From: an uncultured archaeon
GTDB lineage: Archaea > Altiarchaeota > Altiarchaeia > JAFGQM01
Direction: 5' to 3'
Length of the DNA: 64,000 nucleotides
Assembly: GCA_964391885.1 (NCBI GenBank)
Contig: CAYMNU010000075.1
Coordinates: 338-64,337 of the forward strand
This document shows, piece after piece, positions 39,735 to 50,405 of the stretch. Every line of letters starts with the position of its first letter. The first letter of the stretch is position 1. The position numbers and the translations under genes are program-made. The notes beneath the pieces were generated by a model that searched no databases, was not told the origin of the DNA, and saw nothing but the letters and a program-made list of their open reading frames with translations.

Positions 39735-39995
39735 GATTACAAGATAGGGCATACCCCGGCTCGCAACCTTCGATGAAGTCGAAGGTGCGCACAACTTCAT
39801 GAAATGAAGTTCGTGCTCAAGCCGGGGACTGTAAGATTCAGTCCTATTTTGTAATCCCACGATTTCATCGTGCGAGACTGGCAAAGTCTTTTCGACTTTG
39901 CCATGTAAGTTCATACCCCAATTCACAATCTTTGATTTCATCAAAGATGTGCGCAAGTTCACTGTAAGTGAACTTAGCGTTCAAGTTGAGGTATG
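39735..39995. other. Non-coding multi-hairpin element with two covarying Y-shaped modules
   Basis: Six short-loop hairpins (loops GAA, GAA, TTC, TTTTC, TTC, GTA) plus closing stems; modules at 39750-39831 and 39912-39995. Confidence 0.8.
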
Positions 39996-40049
39996 TTGAT
40001 TTTTCTAATTCAAACAGCATAATCTACGTTGGCAGCAGTCTAAAATAAA

Positions 40050-42611
40050 ATGAAAGCATATGCAATCGCAGTTATTCTCGCTATCCTCCTTTTCATACTT
40101 CCTGTATCCTCAGAAGATGTAACTGTAGACTATATCGCTGCTATCCATCAGTATTTCAAGGCCCCTGGTGAATTAATCCCTGTTGGCGCAACGCTAGATG
40201 CAATAAACAGGGCATGGAACAATGGATTCAATCTTTCCGAGGCGTTTGACTATGCTGGCACGACGCTGTATTGCCCTGTCGAGTTCCCAATATCCTGCGA
40301 ATCTTCTGATGGAAGTTACATGCTGACAAAACATTCCTGGAAAAGCGGATGCAGGGGCTATTCTAAGGATTGCTGCGAGCCCGAAGAGTTAAGCTGCAGG
40401 GTCATCATGATGGCAGACGACAGCGCCCTGCAATATGATATAGAATTTAGGGACAATAGAATATTATGCCTAGAAAATGATTGCGTGCCACAGGGCGGCT
40501 GCATAGCAGATGCAGAATGCAGTAGATTTATCACATGTCCTATGTTCCCCGGCGATGCGCCCACCGCAATGTGCGACACAGCTTTGGGCGTATGCTATTG
40601 CGGAGGCGGAAGCTGCGGCGACGGGATATGTACCTATTGGGAGGCTACCCGCCAGACATGCCCTACAGACTGCGGCGAAATGGGCCTGGACAGCGACGGG
40701 GACGGCTTGAGCGACTGGGACGAGGTAAACATATATGGCACAGACCCCTTTAATCCTGACAGCGACGGCGACGGTTGGAGCGACTGGCATGAGGTAATGA
40801 TAGGCACAGACCCTTTGAATCCTGACACCGATGGGGGAGGCCAGTGCGACGGCCCGAACGCGGTTCCAGGTGTATGCAGGGCAGGACCCGACCCATGCCC
40901 CTTCGATTCAAGCAATACCTGCTATGCCGGCGTCGGCCCCGGGCAGAGCCCCCTACATGTTGACTTCGACGGCGATGGAACTGCAAACTACTTTGATACT
41001 TGCCCGACAGATCCTTTAAACAAATGTGAACCCGGAAATGACCCGGATATTTCTGTGGCTATTGGCGGGCTTCCGCAAGACTGGATTCGCACATATGGCG
41101 TAGTAGACCCTGACGCGGATTCAAGCAATAGTGGTCTCACCAATATGGAAGAATACTTGCATGGATTCAATCCACTCCTCGAAGACAGCAGCGGTAACGG
41201 CCTGCCTGACTACTGGGAGGCCCAATACGGGGTCAGCGACCCGGACGGCGACCCGGACGGCGACGGCCTTACAAACATACGGGAATATTATCTCGGCACA
41301 GACCCCCTTAATCCCGACACCCTGGGCAATGGCATACTAGACGGCGACGAGTATTTTGTTCCCACCGAGAACGCCACGATAATAGTAGAGCTTATAGCTA
41401 TAGATCCTCAGGATTCCAATCCTGCTGACGGAATTTATATGCTCGAATACGGAGACACCTTGAAACGAATAGCGATAGAGGCGAAGTATTCCGACGGTGT
41501 TAGTTTAGTGAGGCCATTAGTACTTGGCCAGCTCTCAGTACAGCAAGACAACAAAAAGATTCTTTTGGATTTTGAGAGGGCTTCACCCACCGCATTCGTT
41601 TCCAAGCCGTATTATGATATTCTAAAGAAAAACGATGAAGGGCCCCATATAAGCATGGAGCTATCCGTAATCGATTTGTACAATGAAAAAAGAGGCGAAC
41701 TCCACACAAGATTTTTTATACTGAACATCGATGACAAAGAATTTAGAATCGAAGTCAATTCACCGGCGGGCGAATACGCATACGGCCAAACACTAGAGTT
41801 TGATCTAAGCGTGCACGGGGCAAAAGACATTAGCTCGGTTCGAACTGAAGTCTTTGTAGAAGAGACAAATAGGTCATTCCTCCTTTCTCATGCCTTCGAT
41901 TCCCTGAAGGGGGCCTACCAAATCAACGCCAATGACGCGAGCCCATTATTCTTTCTGGTCCATTCTTCCATAATGAAAGACGAACGATATGATTCCATAA
42001 GGCGCATAAGGGTAGACATATCCCCTATATTGAAAATAGAATACCTCGAAGGGCAGTCGACACCCGACTACCACAGTTTTGATATAACCTATCCAAACGG
42101 CGAAAAACATGCGGAAAAGCAATTATATGGGGCAGTAAATGGCGAACCGGTTTTGTTTTCAAAGAGCCCAATGGGTTTTTACGAAGCCGAATTCGACGCC
42201 ATGCCCCAAGAAGACACCTTCATAGAGCTGAACGACAGCTTCGGCAACCTAGGCCGGACAAGGATAGCTTCTGGCGTCATAAGGATCGACATAGGCATTG
42301 GCGACTCTGTCTGGCTAATCCTTTTTGCCGTTATCGCCATAATCCCGGCCCTGGCAGCCTATCGCATTATCTGGGAACGAAAGAAGAAGAAGGGCATGAA
42401 AAAATCAGATGAAAAGAAACTGATTAAAAGAAAGTCCCGCCTCGAAGACCTTATCAAAGACACTAAAACAAGGTATTACAAGAAAACACTATCTCAGGAA
42501 TACGCATCCCAAAAAATCGCAGAATATGAAGAGGAACTAAAGCTCATAGAGGATGATCTCGCCACGTTCTCTACTGTAACCAAGAAGCACACAAAGCACC
42601 ACCAAGATTAG
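40050..42611 (+). CDS. Large Ca-binding (DxDxDG repeat) Cys-rich surface protein; paralog B
   Basis: Same architecture as 36688-39210, collinear homology throughout. Confidence 0.85.
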   Translation: MKAYAIAVILAILLFILPVSSEDVTVDYIAAIHQYFKAPGELIPVGATLDAINRAWNNGFNLSEAFDYAGTTLYCPVEFPISCESSDGSYMLTKHSWKSGCRGYSKDCCEPEELSCRVIMMADDSALQYDIEFRDNRILCLENDCVPQGGCIADAECSRFITCPMFPGDAPTAMCDTALGVCYCGGGSCGDGICTYWEATRQTCPTDCGEMGLDSDGDGLSDWDEVNIYGTDPFNPDSDGDGWSDWHEVMIGTDPLNPDTDGGGQCDGPNAVPGVCRAGPDPCPFDSSNTCYAGVGPGQSPLHVDFDGDGTANYFDTCPTDPLNKCEPGNDPDISVAIGGLPQDWIRTYGVVDPDADSSNSGLTNMEEYLHGFNPLLEDSSGNGLPDYWEAQYGVSDPDGDPDGDGLTNIREYYLGTDPLNPDTLGNGILDGDEYFVPTENATIIVELIAIDPQDSNPADGIYMLEYGDTLKRIAIEAKYSDGVSLVRPLVLGQLSVQQDNKKILLDFERASPTAFVSKPYYDILKKNDEGPHISMELSVIDLYNEKRGELHTRFFILNIDDKEFRIEVNSPAGEYAYGQTLEFDLSVHGAKDISSVRTEVFVEETNRSFLLSHAFDSLKGAYQINANDASPLFFLVHSSIMKDERYDSIRRIRVDISPILKIEYLEGQSTPDYHSFDITYPNGEKHAEKQLYGAVNGEPVLFSKSPMGFYEAEFDAMPQEDTFIELNDSFGNLGRTRIASGVIRIDIGIGDSVWLILFAVIAIIPALAAYRIIWERKKKKGMKKSDEKKLIKRKSRLEDLIKDTKTRYYKKTLSQEYASQKIAEYEEELKLIEDDLATFSTVTKKHTKHHQD
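41184..41350 (+). repeat. 167-bp direct repeat, copy 2
   Basis: Matches 37792-37958 with one mismatch. Confidence 0.95.
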
Positions 42612-42674
42612 ATTAATTACTCTAAATAATATTTAAGGCTAAAGGGTGATTAATATGCCCTTTGAAATATGCAA

Positions 42675-42824
42675 ATGGAAATAGTGAAAGGCTGCCCGAA
42701 GTTTCTCAGGAACGGCCCCTGTGGCGGTTACAAAAAAGGTACATGCGAGGTTTATCCTGACAAGAAGTGCGTATTTGTCGCAGTTTGGGAGAAAAATCCA
42801 GAGGCGTTAAGGAGGGAAATATGA
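42675..42824 (+). CDS. Stand-alone MetV-like (MTHFR C-terminal, Cys-rich) protein, 49 aa; absent from the ORF track
   Basis: MEIVKGCPKFLRNGPCGGYKKGTCEVYPDKKCVFVAVWEKNPEALRREI*; stop overlaps metF ATG (ATGA). Confidence 0.88.
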   Translation: MEIVKGCPKFLRNGPCGGYKKGTCEVYPDKKCVFVAVWEKNPEALRREI

Positions 42825-43621
42825 GCTTTATTGAAAAACTGGGGGGGACATTCGTCATCACGGCTGAGGTCGAGCCGAAGCCTGCAGTAAGTGACTCTTT
42901 TTTGAAAAAGGCGGAAGCGTTCAGGCCATACGCCGATGCAATCAACGTTATCGACTCTCCTCTGGGAGAGCCTCAGGTGTCCTCCCTCGCTGCGAGCCTA
43001 CTCCTTAAACAACATGGATGTGAACCCATACTGCAAATGTGCGCCCGCGACAGGAACAGGACTGCGATAATCAACGACCTTCTCGGAGCAAAGCTGCTAG
43101 GCATAGAAAATGTGCTGGCTATAACAGGGGATTATCCAAATACATCCAAGCCGGTTTATGAGTATGATTCAGTCAGCCTGCTCAGGCTCATCAAGAAAGA
43201 GATGCCTGCGACGTACAAAGGCTTTTCCATGAATGGTGGCGCAGCCTATAATCCAATGGCTGAGCCGGAAGGCCCTGAACTGATAAAGCTGGAGAAGAAG
43301 CTAAAGTATGCAGATTTCATCCAGACTCAGATGGTCTTTGATTTCAAGCAGCTAGATAATAGTTTGTCCAGGAAGCACAAGAAGAAGATACTGGTCGGCA
43401 TCCTCCCCCTACTTCCTAGCTATGCAGAATATTTCAACAAGAATATACCCGGAGTTGCAGTTTCCGAAAAAGTGGCGAAATCGATAAAGTCAAGCGATGA
43501 TGGCGTCAAGCTCGCCAATGACATTGCATTACAGGCCAAAGCAGAAGGGTTTGCAGGCATACACCTCATGGTCTTCAAGCTGGAAGACAGGATAGGGGAA
43601 ATCCTGAAGGGCGTTATATGA
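42821..43621 (+). CDS. metF: Methylenetetrahydrofolate reductase
   Basis: ITAEV.P, DAINV.D, RDRNR, N.LAITGD, FIQTQ, G.HLM; start ATG 42821. Confidence 0.9.
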   Translation: MSFIEKLGGTFVITAEVEPKPAVSDSFLKKAEAFRPYADAINVIDSPLGEPQVSSLAASLLLKQHGCEPILQMCARDRNRTAIINDLLGAKLLGIENVLAITGDYPNTSKPVYEYDSVSLLRLIKKEMPATYKGFSMNGGAAYNPMAEPEGPELIKLEKKLKYADFIQTQMVFDFKQLDNSLSRKHKKKILVGILPLLPSYAEYFNKNIPGVAVSEKVAKSIKSSDDGVKLANDIALQAKAEGFAGIHLMVFKLEDRIGEILKGVI

Positions 43622-43643
43622 TTTATACCACCTAGTATCTATT

Positions 43644-44495
43644 CTATTTCAGCAAGTCCCTGGCAAGCGCCAAAGCACCGTTATAGTCATAAAATCGAGG
43701 TTCTTCAAGTGCCTTTATAAGCATGCTGCGCTCAACTTGGTTCTTCAAGTCGCCTATCGCCGAGGATCCGAGCCTCTTTATGCCTCCAATTTCTTCTCCA
43801 TCCATCCCCGGTTTCATATCCTCTATTCCATAGGGCTGTACTGCATTAACGTCCGCGGCTATTTCCGGCTTGATCTTGCCCAGCGATTCGGCATCGAGCA
43901 GCTGAGTGCCCAACGCGCCGGTGGAGAGTATGACATGGGCGTCTTTGCATGCATCACATCTTTCCTCGATAGTGCCTCCCTGAAGTCCGCGCAGCTTTCT
44001 TACATCATCCGAGAGCTTATGGGCGATTTTTTGTGCCTTATCCCCTCGTCTGGATGTGATAGTAACACTTGCTCCCAGATTCCTTAACAGCAAAGCCGAT
44101 ATCTGGCCTATGGGACCAGTGCCTGCCAGCACTGTCACGCTCTTTCCACGCAGGTTTCCTGAAATCTCCTCAATCTTCGCGACTGCGGCAGCAGCTGTCG
44201 TGCATGCTCCGTTGGGATCCCAGATTGCAGACATTTGCAAAGGGGGGCGCAACAATCTTTTCAGCTTCTGGAATACCCTTTCAGATTCTTCAAGGCCGCC
44301 GCCCACCATGATTACTGTATTCCTCCTGCCCTCCGGAGTCCTCGCGAAGACTACGTTGTGTATTATGCCTTCAACACTTTCTTCAGTAACCGATGCATAC
44401 GGGATTACCGCGTCATAATCCGCATCCAGGGCTAAAAGCAGGTCGAAGGGATTGGCAATCTTGTCTGTGTCCAGATATAGAAGCGCCTTCTTCAT
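43644..44495 (-). CDS. NAD(P)-dependent methylene-H4MPT/H4F dehydrogenase (MtdA/MtdB family)
   Basis: PFD...A.DA.YD, F.R, DPNGACTTAAA, GTGPIG, DVNAV.P.GI, AIGDLK. Confidence 0.88.
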   Translation of the reverse strand: MKKALLYLDTDKIANPFDLLLALDADYDAVIPYASVTEESVEGIIHNVVFARTPEGRRNTVIMVGGGLEESERVFQKLKRLLRPPLQMSAIWDPNGACTTAAAAVAKIEEISGNLRGKSVTVLAGTGPIGQISALLLRNLGASVTITSRRGDKAQKIAHKLSDDVRKLRGLQGGTIEERCDACKDAHVILSTGALGTQLLDAESLGKIKPEIAADVNAVQPYGIEDMKPGMDGEEIGGIKRLGSSAIGDLKNQVERSMLIKALEEPRFYDYNGALALARDLLK

Positions 44496-45694
44496 TCCAC
44501 ATGCGTCCTGTACAAATCGGTGTCTTCTCCCAGAAGCGACAAAAAGTCTCTTGCAGACCTCTCGATGTCTTTGGACTGCGTTATGTAGCGACCTACAATG
44601 AGTATGTCCGCACCGTTTATGAGCGCCTGCTTCGCGGTCTTCGGTTTTATGCCGCCCGCCACAGCGAAGAGTATCTTATCGGATATGCTGGCTTTAATCT
44701 CTTTTATGAGCTTCCAGCGGCTATCCTCAGCTTGGTCTTCCTTGCCCATTCCCGCATCCACATTTCTGTGCAGTATAACTACATCCGGGTTCTCCTTAAT
44801 ACCGGTTAGAACGCCTTTTGGGTCTGCTACGTTCATCATGTCCACATAAGCGTAGATGCCAAGGCGGTGCGCTTCGTATATGACGCTTTCCACAGTTTCC
44901 TTGGCAGCAAGGCCTGAGACGACCACAGCGTCAGCGCCCTGGTTATAGGCTTGGTCCACTTCCACCTTGCCGACATCCAGAGTCTTTAAGTCCGCAATCA
45001 GGAAGCAGCTTCCCCTTGCCTCTTTGATTTCTTTAAGGCCTCTCACGCCCCATTCCTTGATGAAGGGGGTGCCCGCTTCCAAGATCACCATGTCGTTATG
45101 GGGTATCTCTTTAACCACTCTTTTTATGGTATCGATGCTCGTTATGTCCAGTGCAACCTGCAGGTAAGGGGGCCTCCATAATTTTTCCATCTTGACTCCG
45201 GCTATGGCGTGGGTTGCCCTGTCCTTTTCAAAGTTTATCTTCTTGAGGTCCGGGTATCCGGTTATGGCGCGCTTTATAGAAAGCTTTGTCGCAGAATAAT
45301 TGTACCTGTAAATCCTCTCATAGTCCGAGGCTTCGGGATGTATGAATACAGATGCCAGGATTACATAGTCTTCGGCGTATTCTTCAGGGATTACTCCCTC
45401 CTGAAGCGAGTCTGCCACAGCCTTTGCGACTGCTGCCTGGGCCGGGCCGAAAATCTTCCCTGCATCATCCAGGTTCTTTACAGTGACTTTTGGTATTATG
45501 AGTGTCGCGGGCTTTGGTATGAGGTTTGGCCGTATCACGCCAAGAAGCGGAGTGTGGCCTTGTGAAAGCTGTGTCAGGCCGTTAAGGAAGGCATTGCCTA
45601 CCGGGCCGTTCTTCTTTCCTACAATAAGGTCTATGTGCGCTACCTCGTTGCCTTCTCCTACCAATGCCTCACCTATCATAAAGTCGTCATCCAT
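44492..45694 (-). CDS. fae-hps: Bifunctional formaldehyde-activating enzyme / hexulose-6-phosphate synthase
   Basis: GEALVG.GNEVAHIDL, GHTPLL, FGPAQ.AVA.AV; PYLQVALD, EAGTP, DLKTLD, AVAGG. Confidence 0.93.
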   Translation of the reverse strand: MDDDFMIGEALVGEGNEVAHIDLIVGKKNGPVGNAFLNGLTQLSQGHTPLLGVIRPNLIPKPATLIIPKVTVKNLDDAGKIFGPAQAAVAKAVADSLQEGVIPEEYAEDYVILASVFIHPEASDYERIYRYNYSATKLSIKRAITGYPDLKKINFEKDRATHAIAGVKMEKLWRPPYLQVALDITSIDTIKRVVKEIPHNDMVILEAGTPFIKEWGVRGLKEIKEARGSCFLIADLKTLDVGKVEVDQAYNQGADAVVVSGLAAKETVESVIYEAHRLGIYAYVDMMNVADPKGVLTGIKENPDVVILHRNVDAGMGKEDQAEDSRWKLIKEIKASISDKILFAVAGGIKPKTAKQALINGADILIVGRYITQSKDIERSARDFLSLLGEDTDLYRTHVE

Positions 45695-45726
45695 TTCTTC
45701 TCCGCTTAATTAAACCAAAAATTAAA

Positions 45727-46131
45727 CTAAATTTTCTTTGCCAGCTTAACGGCAGTCTCGACACCCCGTTTGGCATAGTCGTCGATGCGCTGCACAGCCT
45801 GCGCATGCGTCTGCCCCGGGCCGCTCACCCCCAGGCCGACAGGTTTTCCGGATTCGATTGACAAATCCATGAGCTTTCTTGCAAGCTGGCTTGCGATGAC
45901 ATCATCATGGCTGGTATCTCCCTCTATTATGGCGCCAAGGGCGACAACAGCATCAACGCCTTTCCTTGCAAGTGACTTTTTTACCATGAAGGGTATGTCA
46001 TAAGCTCCGGGTACTGCATCCACTTGTACTACCTTCGCCCCAAGCAGCTTTGCGTGCTCCTCAGCCCGCTTGAGCATCACGCCGGTGATGTCATAATTGA
46101 ATTCAGAGACTACTATCGCAAGATTTGTCAT
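45727..46131 (-). CDS. ribH: 6,7-dimethyl-8-ribityllumazine synthase
   Basis: V.EFN..IT, VPG..DIP, LGA.I.G.T.HD, KPV.LG..GPG. Confidence 0.93.
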   Translation of the reverse strand: MTNLAIVVSEFNYDITGVMLKRAEEHAKLLGAKVVQVDAVPGAYDIPFMVKKSLARKGVDAVVALGAIIEGDTSHDDVIASQLARKLMDLSIESGKPVGLGVSGPGQTHAQAVQRIDDYAKRGVETAVKLAKKI

Positions 46132-46197
46132 TTTAGGAAACCCCTATATTTTGCTTATAGTGTAATTAAAATAAACTCCATATGGCCTACAGGAGGA

Positions 46198-46410
46198 TTA
46201 CACGACGCCCTTCAAAGAGTTGTCGGTTAACCAGATAATTAAGAGCCCTATGATTATAGATGCCACGCCGCTTATGGTCTGGCTTTCCGGAAAGAGGTAC
46301 CTGTCCATCAAAAGCCACACGCCCCTCCATATGGAAACCACCGCTATAGCAAATATTATAGCATCCACCTCTGAGCGGCTGAACCCGAGCCTGAAATATT
46401 TTTTATTCAT
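46198..46410 (-). CDS. Small membrane protein
   Basis: VV..WRGVWLLMD.YLFP motif, two TMs. Confidence 0.75.
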   Translation of the reverse strand: MNKKYFRLGFSRSEVDAIIFAIAVVSIWRGVWLLMDRYLFPESQTISGVASIIIGLLIIWLTDNSLKGVV

Positions 46411-46420
46411 GGTTTTGCAC

Positions 46421-46906
<486 letters not shown>

Positions 46907-47096
46907 TTACAAATAAAACCTTAATCCATTACTTTAATTGTAATTCAGTCTTACTTCTCGGATTCCTATGCATTCTGCATTGAAAACCAGATTGAGTTAA
47001 TAGTTTTTCCTCCGGCTCTTTTCCTGATGCCGGGGGTACTCCAGGCAATGCAATATTCTCCCGAAACTTTTTTTCCTTTTAAAGTATAAAATACCC

Positions 47097-48008
47097 ATGT
47101 CAAAGCCTGCCAAACCCAATATAAAGATAGTCCCATGGCACCATTCTTCATCAAGCATTTACCATAGGGACGTTTCCCGCATGATTTCCAGCATCCCAAA
47201 AAATAGGAGAGTGGTAATCGAAAACACGCCTGGCTATCTGGCAATGTGCAGAGAGGTCATGAGTGTGATACGCGGAGAGAAAGAAAGAGTCGGCAGCCTG
47301 CTGGGTGAAGGGACTCTCGACCCCTTCGAGCGTGGTACCTACGACGAAGTGAGAAAAGCATCCCGAGCAGACATAGAGCGGGGCAAGGCGAAACTACCCT
47401 GGCACTACATTGAAATACTCCACGAAGCCGGAAAAAGGGATATAGAAGTCCTTCCTGTCGAAAGGCTTTCTGAGAGCTATAGAATGGGCAAGGTCTATGA
47501 AAAAATAAGGCGGATTAATGAGTTTCGCGGGAATCCAATTCGCCATGGTGCTCTTTTGGAAGAGCACGAAGCCAACCTCAAACGGGAATCCGCGATTGCC
47601 GACACCATCCGGGCACTCGCAGCCCGGGGGGTGAAAAAGAATGTCGTAGCCATAGTTGGGCTAGGCCATGCCGAGAATCTGGAAAGCGAGCTTAGGGCGA
47701 GAGGACTGAATGCAAGCTTAGACTTTAGCGCGTTTAGATACCCCAAACGAATTTCCCAATCTATGGATTTAATCAGCCAGGGTAGGGCGCTTTTGTCCCA
47801 GGCACAGGCAGCGCATAAATCTGGAGACAAGGAATCATCGGAAAGGCTCCAAGAGAGGGCAACTCTATTATTTAGGGCAGGCCGTGAAGCTATAGACGGA
47901 CGAGTAAGCAGGGAAAATGCCTCTGCCCGGCGGAGAATAGTAAAGGAGCTCAAGAAAAATCAAGAGAGCAGGACTAAAAGAAAACAGGCTAAGCCAAGAA
48001 GGAAATAA
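47097..48008 (+). CDS. Highly basic hypothetical protein inserted antisense within the rib cluster
   Basis: 303-aa ORF, starts MSKPAKP, ends KRKQAKPRRK; RE...A...IVGLGHA weakly recalls TraB/GumN-like folds. Confidence 0.7.
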   Translation: MSKPAKPNIKIVPWHHSSSSIYHRDVSRMISSIPKNRRVVIENTPGYLAMCREVMSVIRGEKERVGSLLGEGTLDPFERGTYDEVRKASRADIERGKAKLPWHYIEILHEAGKRDIEVLPVERLSESYRMGKVYEKIRRINEFRGNPIRHGALLEEHEANLKRESAIADTIRALAARGVKKNVVAIVGLGHAENLESELRARGLNASLDFSAFRYPKRISQSMDLISQGRALLSQAQAAHKSGDKESSERLQERATLLFRAGREAIDGRVSRENASARRRIVKELKKNQESRTKRKQAKPRRK

Positions 48009-49247
48009 TCACCGGTTTAGGTGCCCCATCTTCTTCTTTTTAGTCTCTAGATACTTCTCATTATGTTTGTTGCTTGGTAGGCAGATAGGCTCCCTCCTGA
48101 CTGCCCTGAGTCCATATCCTCCCAATCCAATAATCTTCCTAGGATTGTTCGTCATAAGCCTTATCGACGCAAGTCCCAAGTCGCGCAGTATCTGCGCACC
48201 TGCTCCATAATCCCTTAAATCATCTTCATATCCGAGTGCATGGTTTGCCTCGACTGTGTCCATACCCTTGTCTTGAAGGGCATAAGCCTTTATCTTTTCA
48301 CCCAGTCCGATGCCCCTTCCCTCCTGGCGCATGTAAAGCAGAACTCCACATTCCTCTTCTTCTATCCTCCTGAGAGCCTCTGCCAGTTGCCCCCCACAGT
48401 CACAGCGCAGAGAGCCTAAAATATCACCAGTCAAACATTCCGAGTGAACCCTAACCAGCACATTTTCCTTTCCTTGCACTTCACCCTTCACCAATGCCAC
48501 GTGCTCCATTCCGTCGGCGTGCGATTTGTATGCGATTATCTTGAAATTTCCATATCTTGAGGGGAGCTCCGCCTCCCCAATTCTCTCTACAAGAGGCTCT
48601 TTCTCAGCGCCTATATACGTTTTGTCGTGCTTCAGCCTGTATTTTATCAAGTCTTCTATGGATACTATCCTCAAATTGTGCTTTTTTGCAAATATTTCCA
48701 GCTGTGGCAGCCTTGCCATAGTCCCGTCGTCATTCATTATCTCGCATATGAGGCCTGCGGGAGCAAGCCCGGCTAGCCTTGCTAAGTCGACACTGGCTTC
48801 GGTATGGCCTGCCCTCGTCAGAACGCCGCCTTCTCTCGCACGCAGCGGGAAGATGTGCCCGGGCCTGCAAAAGTCGCCGGGCTTTGCGTTAGGGTCTAGG
48901 AATTTTCTAACAGTCACGGCCCTATCATGGGCAGAGATGCCTGTCGTGGTCCCATCCTTGGCATCTATCGAGACTGTGAAAGCAGTCCCCTTCTTGTCTG
49001 TATTCTTTTTGACCATGGGTTCTATATTAAGCTCCCTCATCCTTGTGCCGGTGGCTGCAAGGCAGATTAAGCCGCGCCCCTCCTTAGCCATGAAATTTAC
49101 TGCTTCAGGTCCGACTTTGGCAGCAACTATCACAAGGTCGCCCTCATTTTCCCTATTCTCGTCGTCGACGACTATGACGAATTTACCCTCCCTGATATCT
49201 TCAATAGCGTTTTCTATAGTATCCATATTGCCTATTCCATCCAACAT
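48009..49247 (-). CDS. ribBA: Bifunctional DHBP synthase / GTP cyclohydrolase II
   Basis: [48 protein letters not shown]; start may be 49226. Confidence 0.96.
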   Translation of the reverse strand: MLDGIGNMDTIENAIEDIREGKFVIVVDDENRENEGDLVIVAAKVGPEAVNFMAKEGRGLICLAATGTRMRELNIEPMVKKNTDKKGTAFTVSIDAKDGTTTGISAHDRAVTVRKFLDPNAKPGDFCRPGHIFPLRAREGGVLTRAGHTEASVDLARLAGLAPAGLICEIMNDDGTMARLPQLEIFAKKHNLRIVSIEDLIKYRLKHDKTYIGAEKEPLVERIGEAELPSRYGNFKIIAYKSHADGMEHVALVKGEVQGKENVLVRVHSECLTGDILGSLRCDCGGQLAEALRRIEEEECGVLLYMRQEGRGIGLGEKIKAYALQDKGMDTVEANHALGYEDDLRDYGAGAQILRDLGLASIRLMTNNPRKIIGLGGYGLRAVRREPICLPSNKHNEKYLETKKKKMGHLNR

Positions 49248-49252
49248 GTTCC

Positions 49253-50341
49253 TTACTTGGTATATCCAATCAGCAAGAAATCCTCGCCCAGCTGTTTCAT
49301 CTCCACCCTCTCCAACCTGAGCGCATCCTTTATAGTGCTTACCCCTCTCCCCTTTATAGAAGCGCCAGCACCGCCTATGACCGTCGGCGCGATGAAGAGC
49401 ATGACTTTGTCGACTATCCCTTCGTCAAAGGCCGAGCCAAGAAGATCCCCGCCACCCTCTATCATTATAGATGTTATTTCTTCCCCCCCTAGCTCCCTTA
49501 TGAGCTTCTTAAGGCTTATCCTCCCATTTTTAGAATGGGACATCCTTACATCAATGCCCCTAGCTTTCATTGCGTTGGCCTTGCCCAGTGGAGCCTGGTC
49601 GGTAGTGATTATTATGGTGTCCGCATCCTCACTTAAAATACGCGCAGTTGAAGGAGTCCTCAGCTTCGGGTCTATTATTATCCGTATGGGGTTATTAGCT
49701 CCCGGCAGCCTCGCAGTCAATTCTGGGTCGTCTGCTATCACCGTCCCAACGCCCACCATGACAGCGTCCACCTGCGAGCGCAGCTCATGCACAGCTCTTC
49801 TTGCTTCTTCGCCGGTAATCCACTTCGAGCTGCCGTCTGCAGCCGACATCTTGCCGTCTGCCGAGAGCGCAGCCTTTGCTATGACGAATGGTTCTCCAGT
49901 GCTTATGTACTTGTCATACATCTCGTTCATCTTTTGCGATTCTGATTCTAAGATCCCTAAATTAGTTTCTATACCCGCTCTGCATAGCATAGCAAGCCCC
50001 TTTCCCGAGACTTTTGGATTTGGGTCCTCGCGCGCAACCACCACCCTTCCGAGACCCTCTTCAACTATCCTGTCCGCGCATGGTGGCGTCCTGCCGCGAT
50101 GCGCACAAGGCTCGAGTGTGACATACATAGTCGCGCCGGATATGTTCTCTCCATGCTCCTTTGCGTCCTCGATAGCGGCTATCTCGGCGTGCATGCAGCC
50201 AGCTTTCTCATGAAAACCCCTTCCAATTATTTTACCGTTCTTCACTATTAAACAGCCTACTGCAGGGTTGGGCGCGGTCCTTCCTAAGCCCCTTCTCGCT
50301 AATTCCAGCGCTTCGCGCATATAGTCTTCGTCAGAAAGCAT
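49253..50341 (-). CDS. ribD: Bifunctional pyrimidine deaminase/reductase
   Basis: PNPAVG, HAE, TLEPC.H.GRTPPC, SKWIT, EGG. Confidence 0.96.
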   Translation of the reverse strand: MLSDEDYMREALELARRGLGRTAPNPAVGCLIVKNGKIIGRGFHEKAGCMHAEIAAIEDAKEHGENISGATMYVTLEPCAHRGRTPPCADRIVEEGLGRVVVAREDPNPKVSGKGLAMLCRAGIETNLGILESESQKMNEMYDKYISTGEPFVIAKAALSADGKMSAADGSSKWITGEEARRAVHELRSQVDAVMVGVGTVIADDPELTARLPGANNPIRIIIDPKLRTPSTARILSEDADTIIITTDQAPLGKANAMKARGIDVRMSHSKNGRISLKKLIRELGGEEITSIMIEGGGDLLGSAFDEGIVDKVMLFIAPTVIGGAGASIKGRGVSTIKDALRLERVEMKQLGEDFLLIGYTK

Positions 50342-50405
50342 TGCTTATATTCCGGCGTTGAACTCAAAAACACCCTGTTTTTCTTTTTTGTTTCTAGAAA
50401 GAAGC

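Noticed and set aside
39711..39962. 83-aa minus-strand ORF
   Set aside because: No recognisable protein features, antisense to both neighbours, and it coincides with the palindromic element
39735..39995. Hairpin element as a CRISPR array, tRNA or integron attC site
   Set aside because: No identical repeats with unique spacers, no cloverleaf or TTCRA T-loop, no clear RYYYAAC...GTTRRRY ends, and no cas or integrase genes
37792..41350. 167-bp repeat pair as a DGR template/variable repeat
   Set aside because: Only one mismatch, both copies are in-frame mid-gene, and there is no reverse transcriptase in the window
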